DNA from: Planctomycetota bacterium | GTDB lineage: Bacteria > Planctomycetota > Planctomycetia > Pirellulales > Thermoguttaceae | Assembly: GCA_023621895.1 (NCBI GenBank) | Contig: JAMOAF010000741.1 | Span: 1-37,525 of the forward strand | Length of the DNA: 37,525 bases | Direction: 5' to 3' | Shown: piece after piece, positions 8,707 to 18,039 of the stretch | Layout: each line of letters begins with the position of its first letter | How positions within the stretch are numbered: position 1 is the stretch's first letter | The notes under the pieces: model-generated | Told to the model about the DNA's origin: nothing | The model's input: the letters and a program-made list of their open reading frames with translations, nothing else | Databases searched by the model: none | Translations under genes and position numbers: made by a program

Positions 8707-10910
8707 AAGGGCTCCGCGGCCGCATCGGGCTTTGTTTCCGCCTCTTCGGCAGGGCGGCGTTTCGACCAGTCTTGCCAGCGCTGAAGCGCCTGGCGGCGCT
8801 TCAACTCGGTTTGTTCGGGTCGGTAGAAAAATCCCAACCCCGTGATCTGGTTGAGGTTTCTGAAGCTCAGCACGCGCATCGCCAGGGTCTCGTGGGCCAG
8901 GTACTCCACCAGTTGCGTCGCCTGGCTCCGGCTGAGTTCCTTCGTGTCGAACTTCCAGAGCAACTCGTACATCGGAGTCCCGCTGGCTCCATGCAGGGCC
9001 ACCATCGCCGCGTGAACGGCCGCGGCGGTCCGGGGGCCTCGCCGCACGGAATCCCGCAGCAGGTCGATCACGTCGGGCCATTCGGCGTAGCGCTCGGCGT
9101 TGTTGAGCGTGGCCACCATGGGCTGAAAATCCTCGATCCAGCTCAGCGAGCGAAGGGCAAGCTGGCGAGTCTCCTTCTGCCGGTGCTCGGCCAGTTCTCG
9201 CAGGCTCAGATCGGCGTGCCGGTCGAACCCCAGCTCTCGCCGCAGGTAGTCGCTTGCGCGCCGGTCCAACGCGCTGGTCAAGTCGACGTTGATCCAGGCC
9301 GGCCGCTCGACTGCCTTGTCAATTGCCCCGCTCGCCAGGTCCATGGCCGCCGGCGCCTGGCCGGGCACGGCCGACGCCGCGCCCGCCGGCTGCCAGGTGA
9401 ACTCGCCGGAAACACCCCAGAGACGGGCAATCGCCGGCGCGGGCCGGGTTTCAGGGTCTTCAATCGGCCCGTCCGCGCGGGCGACCTCGATCGCCACCTG
9501 GACGGAGGGCTGCGGCAGCCAGAGGGCGCCTTCCGCGCTGCCCGCGCGGAGCGTGATGGTCACCGGGGCGGCTTGAGGAGTCGCGTTGATCACCACCCGT
9601 CCGCTGGCAATCTCCAGGTCCGGCGCCGCGCCGTCGCCCGACGGCAGCAGGGTGATCTCTCCGCCGTCGATCATTTGGATCTGGAGTTTTCCGTCGATGG
9701 CGAGCACGGGGCGCGAGGTCGGCAGCGACACGATCCGATCCTGGGCAAGCAACAGGCGAGAGTTGGCAATCCGGTGGAAGGTGTTGCTCTGCCGCTCATG
9801 GACCAGCGCGATCTCTTCGGCACTGACCAGCCGCCCGACCTCTCTCGGGCCGACCGCCGCCTCGGGAGCCATCGGCTCGACGACGGGAACCGGTTCAGGG
9901 GCCGGCCGCGGCTCGGGAGGCGCAACAACGGCCGGGGGAGCAATCCCCGGCGCGGGGGGCGCCAGTGGGGCGCCTTCGGGCGGTCGGGGCGACGCAGGGG
10001 TCACCGGCTCCGCGGGCGTTGGGGTGACCGGCACTACCGGCAGAGCCGCCGCAGCGGGCGAGCTTCCGGGGGGCTGGCTGGCCGCCGGCTGCCCCCTGAG
10101 CGCATCGGGGCTCGCGGGGCCGGCGGGTGGTTGGGCCGGGCGGGGGAGCGGCGGCGGCGGGCTTTCAGGAACCGGGGCGGGAGCCGGGGCAGGAGCCGGT
10201 TCGCTCGGTTTGGCTGACCCGGCCGGTGCCGGCGCGCTCGGCGGCGCCGGTTCCACCGGAACGTTCATGGCCACCTGGTCCGGAGCTTCAGACGGCTCGC
10301 CGCCGACACGAAACAGCCCGAGCCGATCGGTCGAGGCGAAATAGACCAAGGCGGCGAGCAGAAGAACGGACACGGCAAGGAAATAGCTCCGATTTCGGCG
10401 CCGCCTGGCCTCGCGGAGGTACTCCGGCACCGAGGATTCCGCCCGTTCCACCGGTTTCTTCCGCCTGGCCTGGTCGATGTCTGGCAAGGCTGGAGCCGGT
10501 TCCGGTTCCGCCACCTGACTGCCGGCCGTTTCCGGAAGATGGTACATGCGGACGCGGCTTTCCGGATTCACTTCCGCCGGCTCGCCCAGAACCAGGGAAA
10601 GAATCTGGTGGCAACCGGCAACCTCCGCCAATTGGATGTCGGAATCGAGGCACACCTTCTCGAAGTCGGCAACGCGATCCGCGGGCAGGGTGTTGTCGAG
10701 ATAGTCGGCCACCGTGTTGGGATCGAGCGCTTCCTTCCGATCGACGGCGCGGGGCGCGCCGAGTCTGGCGCGGCGCGTGACATCGCGAATCCGATGCAGG
10801 AGATTGGACGCAAACTCACTTTCTTCGATCTTCCGGCCGATTTCGCGCATCTCTTCCGGTTCGAGACGTTCGTCCATGTAAGCCAGTAAATATCGCAGCG
10901 TCAGTCGCAT
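8703..10910 (-). CDS. membrane-anchored anti-sigma-like protein: N-terminal anti-sigma-type helical segments, one TM helix, long Pro/Ala-rich linker, ~430-aa C-terminal domain of unknown function
   Basis: ATG at 10910 (MRLTLRYLLAYMDERLEPEE). A second YLDNTLP...C...CH segment follows. TM helix YFLAVSVLLLAALVYFAS. Pro-rich tract roughly 9850-10290. The track ORF extends to 11108, but that leader looks non-coding. Confidence 0.7.
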   Translation of the reverse strand: MRLTLRYLLAYMDERLEPEEMREIGRKIEESEFASNLLHRIRDVTRRARLGAPRAVDRKEALDPNTVADYLDNTLPADRVADFEKVCLDSDIQLAEVAGCHQILSLVLGEPAEVNPESRVRMYHLPETAGSQVAEPEPAPALPDIDQARRKKPVERAESSVPEYLREARRRRNRSYFLAVSVLLLAALVYFASTDRLGLFRVGGEPSEAPDQVAMNVPVEPAPPSAPAPAGSAKPSEPAPAPAPAPVPESPPPPLPRPAQPPAGPASPDALRGQPAASQPPGSSPAAAALPVVPVTPTPAEPVTPASPRPPEGAPLAPPAPGIAPPAVVAPPEPRPAPEPVPVVEPMAPEAAVGPREVGRLVSAEEIALVHERQSNTFHRIANSRLLLAQDRIVSLPTSRPVLAIDGKLQIQMIDGGEITLLPSGDGAAPDLEIASGRVVINATPQAAPVTITLRAGSAEGALWLPQPSVQVAIEVARADGPIEDPETRPAPAIARLWGVSGEFTWQPAGAASAVPGQAPAAMDLASGAIDKAVERPAWINVDLTSALDRRASDYLRRELGFDRHADLSLRELAEHRQKETRQLALRSLSWIEDFQPMVATLNNAERYAEWPDVIDLLRDSVRRGPRTAAAVHAAMVALHGASGTPMYELLWKFDTKELSRSQATQLVEYLAHETLAMRVLSFRNLNQITGLGFFYRPEQTELKRRQALQRWQDWSKRRPAEEAETKPDAAAEPF

Positions 10911-11362
10911 TGCCGGGTTCTCTTTCGTTTCAGCAGCCAAGACGGCCCCCACCGAGCGACTCTGCCACTGGCCGCTCGGGCGGAGATCAGCGGGATGGTC
11001 CTGTTTTTCGCAACAAGTGCCACTGGCACGCCCCCTCGCGCAGCACGTTCTGCCGCGAAGAATCCGCACAATGCGACCAAGCGGTTGGTCCCACCCGGCG
11101 CGCACCAACGGAAAGCTGAACGGGGCCTCTATCTGAATAGTGTCCCGGAGAAAGAGAATTCGTGCGTGCCGCTCCGGTTTCTTTCCGCCGGCGGCGCGGG
11201 ACCGTAGCGCAACTTATTTCGCCAGAAGGGTTTAAGAACGGATTGTTTTCTAAATCCGGCGAGGTTCAAAATCCAAGATTCAAGTTCCGCCAGTTCGGTG
11301 CTCCCGGCAGGCGGCCCGGTCTTGCCCATTTGGCCATTGGAAATTGAACTTTGAACCTTGCG

Positions 11363-11647
11363 CTACATCCGCTTTGGGGAGACTGGCTGGGCTGAACCTT
11401 GCGACGGAGCGAGGCACAGCCCGCCGACGGAGGCGATCACCTGGAGCAACGCCAGGTTTGCCGGATGCATGCCGAGGGGGGATGGCGCTGGTTGCGGGAG
11501 CAGCCAGTCCGCCCGCTCCCAACCGCTGCGGGTGCGTCGCCAGAGTTCTGGATCATTGAGCGGTTTCGACGCCACCAGGGGCGGCAGTTCCACCGCCAAC
11601 CAGGAAACGGCAAGCAAAACCACCAGAATCCAGCCGATCCAGCGCAC
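11363..11647 (-). CDS. possible small (94-aa) two-TM membrane protein, function unknown
   Basis: GTG at 11647 preceded by GGAGA with a 6-nt spacer. Sequence begins (M)RWIGWILVVLLAVSWL and later has ANLALLQVIASVGGLCLA. GC3 is clearly elevated in this frame. It is the only coding-looking part of the 503-aa shadow ORF 11363..12874. Confidence 0.3.
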   Translation of the reverse strand: MRWIGWILVVLLAVSWLAVELPPLVASKPLNDPELWRRTRSGWERADWLLPQPAPSPLGMHPANLALLQVIASVGGLCLAPSQGSAQPVSPKRM

Positions 11648-12166
11648 CGCGATTCTCCAAAGAAGCGGCAGACGCGATGCTCGGTTGGGGTGAGGATTTT
11701 CGTGCTCGCACCGCGCCCTGCTGCCTCGGCAATCAAGCAAGGCTTGGGCCGAAGCGGGCCGCGGTGCTCGGATGATTGGGCGTAAACCGTTTAACAGCAA
11801 AGGGATCGGCGTTTCGTGGCACACTTGCCAGCGTGGCTTCCCGTGGCGTAAGGGCAACGGCTTGAGTCGGGTCCGCTTCTTTTCGGCAACGTTGCGGCGA
11901 CTGGCAGCGGCTGCGGCGAGCCGCGTGGCGAGCGTTGTTTTGAATTGCCGTGCGGGTGGTTGTGTTCTAGAGTTTCTACACAGGTTGCGGGCACCGGAAG
12001 GAATCTCGCCGTTGTCCCCGCAGAACGAGACGAAGGGAGGCAAGCCCTCCGCTTCGATTGCCGGAGGCTTCGGCATCGCATCTTCCCAGGGGCAATTCAC
12101 AACTCCTCCGCCAGCCGAGGTGGCTGGCGCCTCCGCAGACCTTGAGAATCCAGGAATGGTGAATTC

Positions 12167-13084
12167 ATGAAAGCCGGCGCTCCCGCGAAGATCGACCTCA
12201 AGAAGACCCTGGCTCACGCCCAACTTCCGGCGCTTCCCCAGAGCGCAATCCGGCTTCTGGAGCTCTCGCGGGACCCGGACAACGGCCCGGCCGAATTTGC
12301 GGTCCCGATCGAGTCGGACCCCGGTTTGACCGGCCAGGTCTTGCGGTTCGTCAACTCGTCGTACTTCGGGTTTTCCCGCGAGATTTCCAACGTCAAGCTG
12401 GCGATCACGCTGGTCGGGATTCGCACGATCAAGAACTTCGCGCTTTGGAACGCGGTTTTCAGCCTGATGCCCAACCCGAAATGCGGACCTTTCGATCTGA
12501 AACACCTTTGGCAGGACTCGCTTCGCCGGGCGCTGTTCGCGCGCTCGGTCGGCAAGCACCTGGGCATGCGGGAGGCGGAGGAGCCGTTTGCCGCCGCACT
12601 GCTCCAAGACATGGCCGTTCCGCTGCTGGCCAGGGAGGCGCCGACCGCCTACGTGAAGTTGCTCGAGGCGAGAAGCGAGGGGCGGGTGCGTCTGTCGAAT
12701 ATCGAACGGCAAGTTTTTGGATGGACCCACGCGGAGGCGGGCGCAATCCTCGCCCGGCAATGGAACCTGCCCGATAGTTTCGCCGTGATGATCGAGTCCC
12801 ACGTCGACATCGAGCGACTGCTGAAGCGGCCCGCCCGCGATCCCGCCACCTTCGCCGTGGCCTTGTCCGCTCACCTGCCCTCCACGAACGACTCGGAGTG
12901 GATCGAGGCTCCAAGATTCATGGAATACTACGCAAGCGCGTTTCCGAGCGGCGAGCCGACGCTCGCCGAGATCCTCGGCCGGATCGATCGGGACTTCACC
13001 GAGCTGGGGCCTCTGTTGAAGCTCGCCAGCCCCGGCAAGTCGCTCGTCGAGGTCTACGAATCAGAGCTTGCCGCTTCGGCGTGA
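12167..13084 (+). CDS. HDOD domain-containing signalling protein
   Basis: N-terminal LPALPQSAIRLLELSRDPD....IESDPGLTGQVLRFVNSSYFG....I.LVGIRTIKN is the HDOD signature as I remember it. 305 aa. Confidence 0.8.
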   Translation: MKAGAPAKIDLKKTLAHAQLPALPQSAIRLLELSRDPDNGPAEFAVPIESDPGLTGQVLRFVNSSYFGFSREISNVKLAITLVGIRTIKNFALWNAVFSLMPNPKCGPFDLKHLWQDSLRRALFARSVGKHLGMREAEEPFAAALLQDMAVPLLAREAPTAYVKLLEARSEGRVRLSNIERQVFGWTHAEAGAILARQWNLPDSFAVMIESHVDIERLLKRPARDPATFAVALSAHLPSTNDSEWIEAPRFMEYYASAFPSGEPTLAEILGRIDRDFTELGPLLKLASPGKSLVEVYESELAASA

Positions 13085-13410
13085 GCATCTCGCGAGGTCC
13101 GTCCCGCCAATTTCGTGCGCTCGTTGCGATTTCCAGAGGCCGGAAAGACAGGCATCGCCACACGCGCGCGACCTGCGAATCACCGGGCAGCGGCCATGCA
13201 TTACCCTGCTTGCGGCGGGGTGCAAGCAGCTCTATAGACGCATACGCCGGGCGTCTGCCGCTTTCTCTCCGGTCAGATGGAAAGCCCGGCATCCGCGGTT
13301 TGCGGCCGCGCCGCCCTCCGAGTCGGCCCCGAGCGGCACCTGCGCAAGGGACCGTCTACCCCGGATTATTTATGAGCCGGCGATTTTTCGATGTGCCGCG
13401 CGCGCTGTCG

Positions 13411-13618
13411 TAACCCGACGCGTGAGCAAGGCCAACCAGGGTTAGCCGGCCTCGCTTACGCGTCGGGTTATGAGTTGGCCTCGCTTACGCGTCGGGTTAT
13501 GAGTTGGCCTCGCTTACGCGTCGGGTTACTGGCCCGGCCTCGCTTACGCGTCGGGTTACTGGCCCGGCCTCGCTTACGCGTCGGGTTACTGGCCCGGCCT
13601 CGCTTACGCGTCGGGTTA
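13411..13618 (-). repeat. second array of the same repeat core in the opposite orientation: one inverted head copy plus six tandem copies with 29-30-bp period
   Basis: GGCCTCGCTTACGCGTCGGGTTA at 13448, 13477, 13506, 13536, 13566 and 13596. Spacers are TGAGTT x2, then CTGGCCC x3. TAACCCGACGCGTGAGCAAGGCC at 13411-13433 can pair with the first copy as a ~23-bp hairpin. Confidence 0.95.
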
Positions 13619-13830
13619 TGATCCATGCGAACCCGGATTCTACAAGGGCAATCCGCGCCGAAAAAATACCGGGTGACAAATTCCACCGGTTTGCATAAGA
13701 TTCCATGGTGTTCGGAGACGTGCCGGGTTTTTGCCGCGGCACGGGGACCTTTCCGGACCGGTTTGTGAATCTGCCTGATTCTTGTCTTGCAGGACTTGGG
13801 ATCGTGACTGACCGAGATAGAGTTCGCCAG

Positions 13831-14319
13831 ATGCACGCTTGCCGCCAGGCCGAGGGCTACCTCGAACTGGAAATGCCCCAGTCCGCTCTGGAGATTCTTC
13901 AGCGGCTTGGCAGCCCGAAGCAGTTGGGCGTCGATGGGCTGTATCTGATGGGCGAGTCGCTCCGCTCGATGGAGAGGTACTGCGAGGCGCTAGCCTCCTT
14001 GTCGACGGCCGCCGTCCTGTCGCCCGAGGATACCCATATTCTTCTCGCCATGGCATGGTGCTACAAGCGCGTGGGCAGGCTCGATCGGGCCATCGGGGCG
14101 ATGCAGCGCGCCCTGGAGCACTCGCCCAACCAGGCGATTCTGCACTACAACCTGGCGTGTTACTTGAGCCTGGCCGGCGAGTTCCAGGGCTCTGTACGGC
14201 ATCTCTCCAGGGCGTTGAGGCTCGAGCCCGATTATCGCGCGCGGGTCGAAACGGAGCCGGACTTCGACCCGATTCGCAAGCATCCGGGTTTCGTTGCCCT
14301 GAAGAGCATCATGGTCTGA
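13831..14319 (+). CDS. tetratricopeptide (TPR) repeat protein
   Basis: ATG 13831 (GTG 13804 possible). TPR-like helices, for example LAMAWCYKRVGRLDRAIGAMQRALEHSPN and LHYNLACYLSLAGEFQGSVRHLSRALRLEPDY. Confidence 0.7.
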   Translation: MHACRQAEGYLELEMPQSALEILQRLGSPKQLGVDGLYLMGESLRSMERYCEALASLSTAAVLSPEDTHILLAMAWCYKRVGRLDRAIGAMQRALEHSPNQAILHYNLACYLSLAGEFQGSVRHLSRALRLEPDYRARVETEPDFDPIRKHPGFVALKSIMV

Positions 14320-14331
14320 CAATCCCTGCCG

Positions 14332-15759
14332 TCAGAATCGCAGCGTGAGGCCGGCAAACGCTCCGTGCAGCACAAGGTCGCCGTTGGTGTCGATGTCCGC
14401 AATCTCCGGAATATCGACGACATACGTCGGAATCTGATGGTCGGCCAAGGCGATCCCGGTTGCGAAGATGAGCCGGTAGCCGAGATACAGACTCCAACGG
14501 CGGGCGACCTGCCAGTCGACTCCCAGGTCGATTTCCGAGAGGAAGGCAACCACGTCCTCCGAACTCCGAACGGGATAGCTGCCGGCCATGCGGCTATCGG
14601 CGGTGGGGTTTGCGGCAACGCCGTCTCCCCGCCACAAGGCAAAGGTCTGCTTCACGTGGTTGTTGTAGACGCCCAGCTTGGGGGCCGCGAAGAGCCGCCA
14701 GCGGGGACTGAGCTGGACAGCCGCGTCGAAACCGAGTTGGACGCCGATGAGGTTGTTGGCGGCCCAGTCTTCCAGGTAGGCTTCGTGGAGCCCCCCCGAT
14801 TCGCCCCAAGAATAGCCGCTGCCCAGGGAACCGAACAGAAAATCGTCTTCAAACCGGAAGTAGCGGACTCCGATTGCCCAGCCCAGGGCCGCCCGGCAAC
14901 CGCCGGCTGCCCAGCCGGCAGGACTCGCCAGGGCGGCGGGAGGCGAGCCGAGAAGGTTCACTTCCAGGTTGTCGACCTCGCTGCGGCGCCGGACGAAGTG
15001 CTCCGCGGCGCCGTCAAAATACTGCATGCCGCTGACTCCGGCGAACTCGATGTCGCTGACAATCAGAGGCGTGCTGACCGTCCAGCCGGGAAGCGACCGG
15101 CGCGTGTACCCGCCGAAACTGTCGAGCCCCCAGTAGGTGGCTTCCACGCCGAAGATGGACCTGCCGCAATCCCCGCATCCGCCGCAAGGATCGCACGGCT
15201 GGCACACCTCGCGGCAGAAATACCGCCCCACCGTGATTTCACCCCCAAACGCCCAGTGGCCATGGTCGTCCGTGGGGATCTGGTTGGGGTTGTTGTCGGT
15301 CTCATAGGTCGTCCAGAGCCGATTCGGATGGTTGCGGCCCATGTAAAGCGCCGCGACGGAGACGAACCAGGCTGGGCAGCACGCCGTGCGGCAATCGGCC
15401 TGTTGGCAAACGGGTGACGGACCGGCGCAAGCGGCCGGCCACTCGCTCCCCTCCGCCTCGCGAAGCATCTGGCTGACATACCCGGGCGCGATCTGCTGGG
15501 GAGGATACGCAGGCTCTTGCGGAACTTGGACTCCGGCTGGCTCGACCAGGGCAGGCGGACTGCCGTAGTAAGGGCCCGGCGCGGCGACGGCGAAAGCCGA
15601 GGCGGAATGGGCAGCGTCCGGCCCGGCCGCGGTGAATTCGGGCTGAACCGGCGGGAGTTGAAGCATGGTGGGCGCACCATACAGGCCAAACTGTGCGTAG
15701 GCCTCAGTGCCAAACACCAGGAGGGCCAGCCCCACAAACGTCAGGCGAACGGTTGGCAT
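14332..15759 (-). CDS. secreted outer-membrane beta-barrel-like protein (possibly the planctomycetal BBP7 family)
   Basis: Signal peptide MPTVRLTFVGLALLVFGTEAYAQ. Cys-rich middle segment. Alternating aromatic/glycine beta-strand patterns. C-terminal ...GAFAGLTLRF ends in Phe, as in many OMPs. The family name is from memory. Confidence 0.65.
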   Translation of the reverse strand: MPTVRLTFVGLALLVFGTEAYAQFGLYGAPTMLQLPPVQPEFTAAGPDAAHSASAFAVAAPGPYYGSPPALVEPAGVQVPQEPAYPPQQIAPGYVSQMLREAEGSEWPAACAGPSPVCQQADCRTACCPAWFVSVAALYMGRNHPNRLWTTYETDNNPNQIPTDDHGHWAFGGEITVGRYFCREVCQPCDPCGGCGDCGRSIFGVEATYWGLDSFGGYTRRSLPGWTVSTPLIVSDIEFAGVSGMQYFDGAAEHFVRRRSEVDNLEVNLLGSPPAALASPAGWAAGGCRAALGWAIGVRYFRFEDDFLFGSLGSGYSWGESGGLHEAYLEDWAANNLIGVQLGFDAAVQLSPRWRLFAAPKLGVYNNHVKQTFALWRGDGVAANPTADSRMAGSYPVRSSEDVVAFLSEIDLGVDWQVARRWSLYLGYRLIFATGIALADHQIPTYVVDIPEIADIDTNGDLVLHGAFAGLTLRF

Positions 15760-16341
15760 GGGTACGCTTCCTTGCTGCTGCCAGCGGCTTGATAGTGCCC
15801 CACCTTCTGGATCGGCCGGGCGAGGAGCCGACTTGGTTGATTCGGGGGGGTTGCCTTCGTTTCAAGGTATTGCGGGCGTGCTAACCGGCGTTTTCTGAAA
15901 AGGTAGCCCAGCCGATCCGGCCAGCGGGGCTGGTTTTTCCGGAAGGGTCGGACCTGCTCGGAAGCTGCCCTGTTTTGCTTGCGTGGACGCCTCGGTACGG
16001 AAGTTGAGAAGCCTGGCCGCCGCGACTGGAATTGTCCACCCTGGCCACCCGCGCCGGTGCATGGACGGCCGCAAATCGGATTTCCCCCGCTCGGCGGGGC
16101 CACGCGAGGCCGCTTGCCGCATCGTCTGCCCGCCATTATCTTGAAGGGTTTGACGCCGCCTTCAGAACCGGCCTTGAGGCTCCCGGCTCTGCGGAGTCCG
16201 CCGGGCAGGACCGTTTATGCCAAGGGATCCCTACCGCCCCGCCCAGTGTCTCGCCGATGCTCACCGGCGTCGAATGAGTCGATTCGCGGCCGTGCCGCTG
16301 GCCCGTTGACCTTTTCGCCTTCTCCGAACGGAAGTCCCACG

Positions 16342-17667
<1,326 letters not shown>

Positions 17668-17669
17668 GC

Positions 17670-17686
17670 GCCGCCGAGTCGGCGGC
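17670..17686 (+). terminator. GC-rich hairpin GCCGCCGA-G-TCGGCGGC immediately after the glyA stop (no U-tract)
   Basis: Perfect inverted repeat read directly, 3 nt after TGA 17665-17667. Confidence 0.4.
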
Positions 17687-18039
17687 AAATAGGCTGCAAA
17701 CGTGTCTTGCGATGCGAGGAGCGGCTCTAGAGACGTTGCGTCCGTGCATCATCGGGTTGCCGCCAATCATCGTCGCCCTCCGCTCGATCCAGAATGCGGC
17801 CCCGCGGATATCCCCTACGATCATGCGGGATCGTCTCAAAACGCTGATATCCCGGCGTCCCTCGCGACCCGGCGCGCTATTTGCTCTTGCGTAGGTTTCT
17901 CTCAGTCGGTGCCGCGGGAGACGGGGCCCGTTCCGTCCGCCCCCGATCCTTCGGCCGACTGATGTGCGCGGCAAGCCCGGTCGAGCCGAGACACGCCAGG
18001 CCTTCCGCGCCACGTGGAAATCCGCCGGAGCATTTAGCC

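Noticed and set aside
8772-10344. Plus-strand ORFs 8772..10217 (481 aa) and 9586..10344 (252 aa)
   Set aside because: They are antisense to the anti-sigma-like gene. The Gly/Arg-rich products mirror the Pro/Ala-rich sense strand.
11263-11275. tRNA T-loop-like GGTTCAAAATCC
   Set aside because: The flanking sequence cannot form a T-stem, acceptor stem or anticodon arm. It belongs to a dispersed AT-rich repeat. I found no convincing tRNA anywhere in the intergenic regions.
11363-12874. 503-aa minus-strand ORF
   Set aside because: It overlaps the well-supported HDOD gene antisense. Only its last ~94 codons (11363-11647) show a coding-like signal, and those are listed separately at low confidence.
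14365-15417. 350-aa plus-strand ORF
   Set aside because: It is antisense to the beta-barrel gene, which has a signal peptide and a C-terminal Phe. The composition is low-complexity.
15940-15975. SRP (4.5S) RNA-like CCGGAAGG...GGAAGC motif
   Set aside because: It does not match the conserved GGUCCGGAAGGAAGCAGCC helix-8 sequence, and no flanking long helix is present.
15979-16341. N-terminal 121-aa extension of glyA given by the ORF track
   Set aside because: The extension is Pro/Arg-rich with no SHMT homology. The canonical SHMT N-terminus begins shortly after ATG 16342.
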